Below, piece by piece: positions 48,096 through 56,700 of a stretch of DNA of 64,000 nt. Origin of the DNA: Gemmatimonadota bacterium. GTDB lineage: Bacteria > Gemmatimonadota > Gemmatimonadetes > Gemmatimonadales > GWC2-71-9. Each line of letters begins with the position of its first letter. Within the stretch, counting starts at the first letter, position 1. The notes below the pieces were generated by a model. That model ran no database searches. It saw only the letters and a program-made list of their open reading frames with translations, and was not told where the DNA came from. Location of the stretch: the NCBI GenBank assembly GCA_016713785.1, contig JADJOM010000002.1, positions 461,393-525,392 on the forward strand, in the 5' to 3' direction. Made by a program: the position numbers and the translations under genes.

Positions 48096-48143
48096 TAGAG
48101 CGGCGCCTCTAGTTTGACCGGAGCGACTAGAGCTGTCGCTCTA
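48096..48143. promoter_or_regulatory. two TAGAG-N6-CTCTA palindromes (candidate TetR operators)
   Basis: TAGAGcggcgcCTCTA at 48096..48111 and TAGAGctgtcgCTCTA at 48128..48143, with a third TAGAG half-site at 48160. A consensus TTGACA at 48088..48093 lies just upstream. The sites sit in the divergent tetR/tolC intergenic region. Confidence 0.5.
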
Positions 48144-48173
48144 TTTCTTGTCTACTGACTAGAGTCTTTACTC

Positions 48174-49562
48174 GTGTTCGGGAGCCGCCCCGTGTCCCCC
48201 TGTCTCCGTGCCGCGCTGGTCGGCACCCTCCTCAGCCTCGGCCCCTCCGCCGCCGGGCTCGCGGCCCAGCAGGAGCCGCTCGATGCCCTCGTGGCCGAGG
48301 GGCTGGCCCGGAACCCCGACCTGCGCCGGGCCGAGCACCAGCTCGCCCAGGCCGATGCCGCGGTGCGGGAGGCCACCGGCCGCTGGCTCCCCGCGCTCAC
48401 CCTCACCGCCCGCTACTCGGAACGCTCGGGGAACATCCTCGACATCGGCGAGATGGTGAACCCGGCCTTCCGGGCCCTGAACCAGCTGCTGGGCCAGGAC
48501 GCCTTCCCGACCGACGTGAGCCTCAAGCAGCCGTTCAAGCAGGAGACCGGCCTGCGGCTCACCCAGCCGCTCTTCCAGCCCGCCGTGGCGGCCGGGGTGG
48601 GCGTGGCGCGCGAGGGCCGCGCCGCGGAGGCCGCGGGCCTGGTGGGGGAACGGCGCGCGCTCGCGGCGCGCATCCGGCTGGCCTACCTCGACTACGCGCG
48701 CGCGGTGCGGGTGGAGGAGCTCTTCACGGCCACCCTCGGGCTGCTCACCGAGAACCTCCGGGTGCATACCGCGCTGCTGGCGCAGGGCGTGATCACGCCG
48801 GACGCGCTGCTGCGCGCCCGGGCCGATCACAGCGAGGGGCTCCAGCGCCAGGCCGACGCCGCCAACCTCCGTACCTCCGCACGGGAGACGTTCAACCTGC
48901 TGCTCGACCGGCCGGCCGCGGCGCCGCTCGAGCTGCTGCCCGACTCCCTGCTGGGGATCACCGCCGGCATGGGCCAGGACAGCGCGGTGGCGGCGGCCCT
49001 TCGTGGCCGGACCGAGTTGCGCCAGCTCGACCACGGCATCGCCGCGGCGGCCGGCGCGGAGCGCTACGCCAATGCGGCCTTCCTCCCCTCGCTCGTGGCC
49101 GCGATCGACTGGGGCATCCAGGGCGATCGGTACCGCTTCCGTGGCAGCCAGGACTTCCTGGTCGCGTCGCTGGTGCTGCAGTGGAACCTCTTCAACGGCG
49201 GCCAGGACCAGGCCCGGCGCCAGCAGGCGCGGGCGCGGCGCGATGCGCTGGTCGAGGCCCGCCGGTGGGCCGCCGGGCAGGTGGCGCTGGAGACGCGGGC
49301 CGCGTGGCGGGCGGCGGAGGTGGCGCGGCTCAACGAGTCCACGGCGGCCGACCGGCTGGCCAGCGCCGCGCGCAGTTACGAACTGGTGGAGCGGAAGTTC
49401 CGGGAGGGGGCGGCCGCGCAGGTGGAGCTGATCGATGCCCGCACCGCCTCCACCGCCGCGGCGCTCAACCAGATCCTCACCCACTATGACCACCTGGCCC
49501 GCCGCGTGGAGCTGGAGCGCGCCGCGGGCCTGTATCCCCACGACGGAGGGCAGGACCGATGA
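48174..49562 (+). CDS. TolC-family outer membrane efflux protein
   Basis: 462 aa with a signal peptide. Two OEP repeats with typical N-terminal LDALVAEGLARNPDLRRAE. Confidence 0.85.
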   Translation: MFGSRPVSPCLRAALVGTLLSLGPSAAGLAAQQEPLDALVAEGLARNPDLRRAEHQLAQADAAVREATGRWLPALTLTARYSERSGNILDIGEMVNPAFRALNQLLGQDAFPTDVSLKQPFKQETGLRLTQPLFQPAVAAGVGVAREGRAAEAAGLVGERRALAARIRLAYLDYARAVRVEELFTATLGLLTENLRVHTALLAQGVITPDALLRARADHSEGLQRQADAANLRTSARETFNLLLDRPAAAPLELLPDSLLGITAGMGQDSAVAAALRGRTELRQLDHGIAAAAGAERYANAAFLPSLVAAIDWGIQGDRYRFRGSQDFLVASLVLQWNLFNGGQDQARRQQARARRDALVEARRWAAGQVALETRAAWRAAEVARLNESTAADRLASAARSYELVERKFREGAAAQVELIDARTASTAAALNQILTHYDHLARRVELERAAGLYPHDGGQDR

Positions 49563-50647
49563 CCACCCATCCGATCCCGGGTGCACGCCGCGCCCTCGCC
49601 GCGGGCCTCGTGGCCCTCTGCGCCGCCGGGTGCGGCGCCGGGCCGGCGCCGGAGCCGGTCGGCACCGCCGCGACCCGGCGGATCCCCGTGACGCTGGTGC
49701 CGGTGCGCGACAGCGCCATCACCCCGCCGGTGCGCGGCACCGGCGTGCTGGCCACCAAGGAGGAGGTGCCGCTCGGCTTCAAGATCGGCGGCGTGGTGGC
49801 GCGCATCCTGGTGGATGAAGGGAGCGTGGTGCGGGCGGGCCAGCTGCTCGCCGAGCTGGCGCAACCGGAGATCGGGGCCGAGGTGGCCAAGGCGGAAGCG
49901 GCGGCGGCGCAGGCGGAACGGGACCTGGCGCGGGCGGAGGCGCTCTATCGCGACAGCGTCATCGCCCGGGAGCGGTACGAGGGGGCGGTGACCGGGGCGG
50001 AGATGGCGCGCGCCAACCTGCGCATCGCCCGGTTCAACGAGCAGTACGCGGTGATCCGCGCCCCCCAGGCCGGCACCATCCTGCGGCGGCTCGCGGAGGT
50101 GGGGCAGCAGATCGGCAACGGCGCGCCGGTGCTGGTGCTCGCCGGCGGCGGGCGGGGGCAGGTGCTGCGGGTGGGCCTCGCCGACCGGGACGCCGCCCGG
50201 GTGTCGCTCGGTGATCACGCGACGGTGCAATTCGAGGGGGTGAGCGGCGGGCCCCTCCGCGGGCGCGTCACCCAGCGGGCGGCGGCGGCCAGCCCCGGCA
50301 GCGGCGCGTGGGACATCGAGGTGACCCTGCTGGACCCGATGCCGGTGGCCACGGGGCTGATCGGCCGGGTGGAGATCACGCCGGGCCGGGCCGCCACCGC
50401 GCGGATCGTCCCGCTCGCCGCGCTGCTCGAGGGGGAGGGCGACAGCGCGGTGGTCTACACCGTGGCCCGCGACAGCCTGGGCGCGGCGCGGGCGCGGCGG
50501 GTGGTGGTGACGGTCGGGCTGCTGGCGGGCGATCACGCCGCCGTCACCGCGGGGCTCGCCGCGGTGGACAGCGTGGTGACCGCCGGCGCGGGGTACCTCA
50601 CCGACGGCGCCGCCGTGGCGCCCGTCCCGTCCGGGGACACGCCATGA
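49559..50647 (+). CDS. efflux RND transporter periplasmic adaptor (MFP) lipoprotein
   Basis: 362 aa with ATGA overlap. Lipobox LCAAGC. Lipoyl/hairpin pattern (VDEGSVVRAGQLLAEL..., IRAPQAGTI). Confidence 0.85.
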   Translation: MTTHPIPGARRALAAGLVALCAAGCGAGPAPEPVGTAATRRIPVTLVPVRDSAITPPVRGTGVLATKEEVPLGFKIGGVVARILVDEGSVVRAGQLLAELAQPEIGAEVAKAEAAAAQAERDLARAEALYRDSVIARERYEGAVTGAEMARANLRIARFNEQYAVIRAPQAGTILRRLAEVGQQIGNGAPVLVLAGGGRGQVLRVGLADRDAARVSLGDHATVQFEGVSGGPLRGRVTQRAAAASPGSGAWDIEVTLLDPMPVATGLIGRVEITPGRAATARIVPLAALLEGEGDSAVVYTVARDSLGAARARRVVVTVGLLAGDHAAVTAGLAAVDSVVTAGAGYLTDGAAVAPVPSGDTP

Positions 50648-53600
50648 AGCTCGCCGAGTTCTCGGTCCGGCACTACCAGTTCACGATCGTCGTCTTCCTG
50701 ATGGCGGCGGTGCTCGGCGTCTATTCCCTGCGCACCATCCCGCAGGCGGAGGACCCGACCTTCCCGATCGCGAGCTTCACCGTGGTGGCGGTGTATCCCG
50801 GCGCCACCCCGGCCGACATGGAACAGCTTGTGGTGGACCCGCTGGAGCAGCGCCTCAACGAACTGGACGACCTCCGCAAGCTCAAGACGGAGATCCTGGA
50901 CGGCCTGGCCACCATCTCGGTGGAGTTCGAGGCCTCGAGCGACGCCGACGCGCGCTACGACGACGTGGTGCGGGAGCTCAACGCCCTGCGGCCCTCGCTG
51001 CCCGCGGACCTGGCGCGCCTCGACGTCCAGAAGTTCGACGCCAGCCGGGTGAACATCGTGCAGCTGGCGCTGGTCTCGGAGGCGCTGCCGATGCACGTGC
51101 TGGCGGAGGAGGCGCGGCGGCTCACCGAGCGGGTGGAGCGGGTGCCCGGGGTACGCACGGTGGAACGGTGGGGATTCCGGGAGCGCGAGGTGGTGGTGGA
51201 GCTCGACGCCGGCCGGCTCGCGGCGCTGCGGATCCCGGTGGGCCAGGTGCTGCAGGCCCTCGGGAGCGAGGACCTGAACATCCCCGGCGGCACGGTGAGC
51301 GCCGGGGCACGGGCCTTCTCGGTGCGCACCAGCGGCAGCTATCGCCGCGTGGAGGAGGTGGCCCAGACCGTGGTGGCGGGGACCGGGCGCGCGGTGGTGC
51401 GGCTGCAGGACGTGGCGCGGGTGCGCTGGGGCTACGCGGACGCGCGGCACCTGGGCCGCTACAACGGCCAGCGCGCGGTGTTCCTCACCGCCAACATGAA
51501 GGACGGCGAGCGGATCGGCGCGGTGCGCGACGCCATCTACCGCGAGCTCGACCAGGCCGAACCGGGGCTGCCGGCGGGGATGCGGCTGGAGCGCGGCTTC
51601 GACCAGTCGGTGAACGTGGGGCGGCGGCTGGCGCGGCTGGGCGAGGACTTCGCGATCGCGATCCTGCTGGTGCTGGTCACGCTGCTCCCGCTCGGCACCC
51701 GGGCCTCGCTGGTGGTGATGATCTCGATCCCGCTCTCCCTGGCCATCGGGGTGTCGCTGCTGCAGCTCACCGGCTTCACCATCAACCAGCTCTCGATCGT
51801 GGGGTTCGTGATCGCGCTGGGGCTGCTGGTGGACGATTCCATCGTGGTGGTCGAGAACATCAGCCGGTTCCTGCGCGAGGGTCACTCGCGCCGCGAGGCG
51901 GCGATCCGGGCCACCCGGCAGATCGCGGTGGCGGTGCTGGGCTGCACCGCCACGCTGATCGTGGCCTTCCTGCCGATCCTCTTCCTGCCGGGGAACGCGG
52001 GCAGGTTCATCCGCAGCATGCCGGTGGCGGTGATCTACACCATCGTGGCGTCGCTGGTGGTCTCGCTCACCATCATCCCCTTCCTGGCGAGCCTGCTCCT
52101 CACGGAGGAGCCCGAGGGCAAGGGCAACGTGGTGCTGCGCGGCCTGCTGTGGGTCATCGACCGGAGCTACGGGCGCTGGCTGCAGCGCGCGCTGGCGGCG
52201 CCCCGCCTCACCCTGGCGCTGGCGGCGCTGCTGGTGGTGGGGAGCCTGGCGCTGGTGCCGCTGATCGGCTTCTCGCTCTTCCCCAGGGCCGACACCCCGC
52301 AGTTCCTGGTGCGGATCACCACCCCCGACGGCTCGAGCCTGGCCGAGACCGACCGCGCCGCGCGGTTCGTGGAGCGCACCCTGGCCGGGGCGCCGGGGGT
52401 GCGGGCGGTGCTCACCAACGTGGGCCGCAGCAATCCGGACGTCTACTACAACATCATCCCCCGCAACGAGCGGCTCACGGTGGCGGAGGCGTTCGTGCTG
52501 CTGGAGCGCTACGACCCGCGCGCCACCCCGCGGACGCTCGACTCGCTGCAGCGGGTGCTCGACGGCTACCCGGGGGCGCGGATCGAGCTGGTGGCCTTCG
52601 AGAACGGGCCCCCGATCGACGCCCCGATCGCCTTCCGGCTGGTGGGGGAGGACCTCGACACGCTACGCGGGCTCGCGGCCGCGCTGCAGGCGCACCTCGC
52701 GGCCACGCCCGGCACCCGCAACGTGGTGAACCCGGTGGAACTCCGCGGCACCGGGCTCCGGGTGGAGGTGGACCGGGACCGGGCCGGGTTGCTCGGGCTC
52801 CCCATCGCCGAGATCGACCGCACCATCCGGCTCGGCCTGGCCGGCCTCGAGGTGGGCGCCCTGCGCGACGCCACCGGCGAGGACTACGCCATCCGGGTGC
52901 GGCTCCCCGCCGCCAGCCCGGCGCCGAGCCTCGATGGCACGCCACGCCCGGAGCTGCTGGAGCAGCTCTACCTCGCCAGCGCCGCCGGTGGCCAGGTGCC
53001 GCTGGGCCAGGTGGCGCGGGTGCGGCTCGACGGGACCATGCCGGTGATCCAGCACTACAACAAGGAACGCAGCGTCACCGTCACGGCCAGCGTGGTCACC
53101 GGCTACAACACCGACCGGGTCACCAAGCAGGTCCTCGCCGGGCTCGGGGCGGTGCCGCTCCCCCCGGGCTACCGCATCATCCCCGCCGGCGAGATCGAGA
53201 GCCGCGAGGAGAGCTTCGGCGGCCTGGGCGCGGCGATCATCGTGGCCGTCTTCCTCACCCTGGCCATCCTGGTGCTCGAGTTCCGCACCTTCACCAGCAC
53301 CCTCATCGTGGCGTCGGTGATCCCCCTCGGCGTGGTGGGCGGCCTGGTGGCGCTGTTCCTGTCGGGGAACACCCTCTCGTTCACGGCGATGATCGGGTTC
53401 GTGGCGCTGATCGGGATCGAGATCAAGAACTCGATCCTGCTGGTGGACTTCACCAACCAGCTGCGGGCGGAGGGCGTCGGGCTGGACGAGGCGATCGCCC
53501 GGGCGGGGACGGTGCGGTTCCTGCCGATCGTGCTCACCACGCTGACGGCCGTGGGCGGGCTGCTGCCGCTGGCGCTGCAGGGGTCCTCGCTGTATTCGCC

Positions 53601-53742
53601 GCTGGCGCTGGTGATCATCGGCGGGCTGCTCAGCTCCACCCTGCTGGCCCGGCTGGTGACGCCGGTGATGTACAAGCTGCTGCCGCCGGCGGTGGGGGAG
53701 GCGCCGGCACCGGCGGCGGCGCTGGTCCCGCGGACCGCCTGA
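50644..53742 (+). CDS. RND efflux permease (AcrB/HAE1-like)
   Basis: ATG 50644 with ATGA overlap. 1032 aa. N-terminal FSVRHYQFTIVVFLM...GVYSLRTIPQAEDP and 12-TM organisation with two large periplasmic loops. Confidence 0.9.
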   Translation: MKLAEFSVRHYQFTIVVFLMAAVLGVYSLRTIPQAEDPTFPIASFTVVAVYPGATPADMEQLVVDPLEQRLNELDDLRKLKTEILDGLATISVEFEASSDADARYDDVVRELNALRPSLPADLARLDVQKFDASRVNIVQLALVSEALPMHVLAEEARRLTERVERVPGVRTVERWGFREREVVVELDAGRLAALRIPVGQVLQALGSEDLNIPGGTVSAGARAFSVRTSGSYRRVEEVAQTVVAGTGRAVVRLQDVARVRWGYADARHLGRYNGQRAVFLTANMKDGERIGAVRDAIYRELDQAEPGLPAGMRLERGFDQSVNVGRRLARLGEDFAIAILLVLVTLLPLGTRASLVVMISIPLSLAIGVSLLQLTGFTINQLSIVGFVIALGLLVDDSIVVVENISRFLREGHSRREAAIRATRQIAVAVLGCTATLIVAFLPILFLPGNAGRFIRSMPVAVIYTIVASLVVSLTIIPFLASLLLTEEPEGKGNVVLRGLLWVIDRSYGRWLQRALAAPRLTLALAALLVVGSLALVPLIGFSLFPRADTPQFLVRITTPDGSSLAETDRAARFVERTLAGAPGVRAVLTNVGRSNPDVYYNIIPRNERLTVAEAFVLLERYDPRATPRTLDSLQRVLDGYPGARIELVAFENGPPIDAPIAFRLVGEDLDTLRGLAAALQAHLAATPGTRNVVNPVELRGTGLRVEVDRDRAGLLGLPIAEIDRTIRLGLAGLEVGALRDATGEDYAIRVRLPAASPAPSLDGTPRPELLEQLYLASAAGGQVPLGQVARVRLDGTMPVIQHYNKERSVTVTASVVTGYNTDRVTKQVLAGLGAVPLPPGYRIIPAGEIESREESFGGLGAAIIVAVFLTLAILVLEFRTFTSTLIVASVIPLGVVGGLVALFLSGNTLSFTAMIGFVALIGIEIKNSILLVDFTNQLRAEGVGLDEAIARAGTVRFLPIVLTTLTAVGGLLPLALQGSSLYSPLALVIIGGLLSSTLLARLVTPVMYKLLPPAVGEAPAPAAALVPRTA

Positions 53743-53751
53743 GCGGGGCGG

Positions 53752-56700
53752 CTACTTCCGGTCGAGCACCTGGCGCGCCTTCCGCAGCAGGGCCATCGGG
53801 GTGTACGGCTTGGAGAGGAAGGTCACCTCGGCCTGCAGGATGCCGTGCCGCATCACGGCGTCGTCGGTGTAGCCGCTGGTGTAGAGCACCCGGAGGTCGG
53901 GATCGCGCGTGGTGAGCGTGGCGGCCAGCTCGCGGCCATCCATGTAGGGCATGACCACGTCGGTGAGCAGCAGGTGAATCGGGCCGGGGTGCCGCGCCGC
54001 CACCTCCAGCGCCTCGCGCCCGTTGCCGGCCTGGAGCACGGCGTAGCCGTAGGGCCGGAGCGCGAGGGCCGCCACCCGGCGCACGCTCTCCTCATCCTCC
54101 ACCAGGAGAATGGTCTCGGTGCCGCGCACATCCTGCACCTCCTGCTCCAGCGCGGACCCGAGGGCGGCCTGGTCCACGGTGGGCAGGTAGATCTTGAAGG
54201 AGGTGCCGAGGCCCGGCTCGGTGTACACCTCGATGGCGCCGCCCGCCTGGGTCACGATGCCGTGGACCACGGCCAGGCCGAGTCCCGTGCCCTTGCCGCG
54301 GGACTTGGTGGTGTAGAACGGCTCGAAGATCCGGGCCCGGACCTCCGGGGTCATGCCGCAGCCGGTGTCGCTGATGGTGAGCTGCAGGTAGCGGCCCGGG
54401 CCGAGGCCGGGGCGGCCGCGGAGGAAGTGCTCGTCCACCTCCAGGGCGCGGGTCTCGAGGGTGAGCTGCCCCCCGGTGGGCATGGCGTCGCGGGCGTTGA
54501 CGGCCAGGTTGAGCAGCACCTGCGACCACTGGCCCGGGTCCACCAGCACCCGGGGCAGGGCGGGGGCGAGCGCGGTGGTGAGGAGGATGTCCTCGCCCAG
54601 CAGGCGGCGGAGCATCTTCTCGGTGTCGACCACCACGGTGTTGAGGTCGAGCACCTGCGGCTCGATCACCTCGCGGCGGCTGAAGGCCAGCAGCTGCCGG
54701 GTGAGCGCGGCGGCCCGCTCGCCGGCGTGCAGGATCTCGCCGATCAGCTCCCGCCCGTCGGTCTCCTCCGGCACCACGTCCTGCAGCAGCTCGGCATTGC
54801 CGGCGATGACGGTGAGCCAGTTGTTGAAGTCGTGCGCCACCCCGCCGGCGAGCAGCCCGATCGACTCCATCTTCTGGGTCTGGCGCAGCTGGGCCTCGAG
54901 CTGGCGCCGCTCGGTGATGTCTTCCGCCACGCCGGCCACCCGCACCACCCGTCCGTCCGCGTCGCGCACCGGGAAGGCCTGGTCGCGGATCCAGCGGATG
55001 CTCCCGTCCGGTCGGACGATCCGGTACTCCTCGTCGTAGGTGCCGGCCGCCTGCCGGGTCATGGCGGCCTCGAGCACCCGCTCCCGGTCCTCGGGGTGGA
55101 TGGCGTCGAGCCAGTCGCCCGGGTGGTCGTACAGCCGCTGGCAGGACCGGCCCCAGATCGCCTCGTAGCCGGGGCTGATGTACAGCATCTGGTGCTTCCC
55201 CACCGCGGTGAGCCAGAATACCTCGCGGATGCTCTCCGCCAGCTGGCGGAAGCGGTGCTCGGTGTCGCGGAGGGCCTCCTGCGCCGCCAGGCTGGCGGTG
55301 ATGTCCTCGCTGAAGACGAGGATGCCGCCGACCGCGCCGCTGGCCTCCAGCCAGGGCCGCACTTCCCAGCGCAGCCAGTGTACCGAACCGTCGGCGCGCA
55401 CAAAGCGGTCGGCGTCCTCCCGGACCACCTCGCCGGCCAGGGCGCGGCGGTGCACCGCGCGCCACGTCTCGCCGATCTCGGGGAAGACGTCGTAGTGACA
55501 GAGCCCGCGCAGGTCGCGGTCGCCGAGAGCGTAGTCGGTGAGCCAGCGGCGGCTCACGCTCAGGTAGCGCATGTCGCGGTCGAACATGGCCAGCGAGGCG
55601 GGGGCGTGCTCCACGAAGAGCCGCATCCGCTCCTCGCTCTCCCGCAGCGCCTGCTCGGCCAGCTTCCGGTCGGTGACGTCCAGGAAGACGCCGAGGATGT
55701 AGTCCTCGCCGCCCAGGTGGATGCGCTCGGCGGAGACCAGGGCGTGGCGGGCGGTGCCGTCCTTGCGGCGGAACGGATAGTCCACCTGCGCCAGCCGGCC
55801 CTCGGTGTCCAGCCGGTGCCACAGCGCCTCGTGGAACTCCGCCGGGATGAAGCCGCCGAGCTCCTGGGTGGTCTTCCCGAGGACCTCCTCGCGGGGGTAG
55901 CCGCTCAGGTCGCACATGACCTGGTTGATCTCGACGATGGTCCGGTCGGCGCAGCGCAGCATGACGCTGCCCGAGGGGCTGGCCTTGAAGGCCAGGCTGA
56001 GCCGCTCCTCGGAGGCGGAGAGCTCCCGCCGCAGGGCGCGCTGCTCGGTGAGGTCCAGGTAGGCGGCCACCAGGCCCATCACGCGGCCGGTGCGGTCGTG
56101 CAGCGGGGCGGTGCTGATGCTCACGTCGATGCTGCGGCGGTCGCGGGTCATCCGCCGGGTCTGCAGGTTGCGGAAGGGCCGCCCGGCGGCGACGCGCTGG
56201 CGCAGCTCGTCGTACTCGGCCTCCAGGTCCTTGGGCACGATCGGGAAGGGCAGGCCCAGCACTTCTTCGGCGCTCCAGCCGAAGAGCGCCTCCGCCGCCT
56301 GGTTCCACAGCAGCACCGTGCCGTCGTTGTCGAGCGCCACGATCGGCAGCGGGGAGGAGCGGACGATCGCCTGCAGCCAGTCTGACATCCCGCGCAGCGA
56401 TTCCGCCGCCTGCTTTCGCTGCGAGATGTCCTGCACCGTGGCGATCCGGTACTGCACCGCCCCGTCGGCGCCGCGCACGCTGACGATGTCCACCTGCACA
56501 TCCACCGCGCGGCCCTCCGGCCGCAGCATGCGGGCCTCGACCCGGGCCTGCCCCTCGCGATCGGCCTCCACCATGGCCTGCTGCACCCGGGGGCGGTCCG
56601 CGGCGTCGTACAGGTCGGCGATGGCCGCCCCGCGCAGCTCCTCCGCCGTCCGTTCCAGCAGGCGGGCGTAGGCCGGGTTGCACGCCATGAGCTGGTTGCG

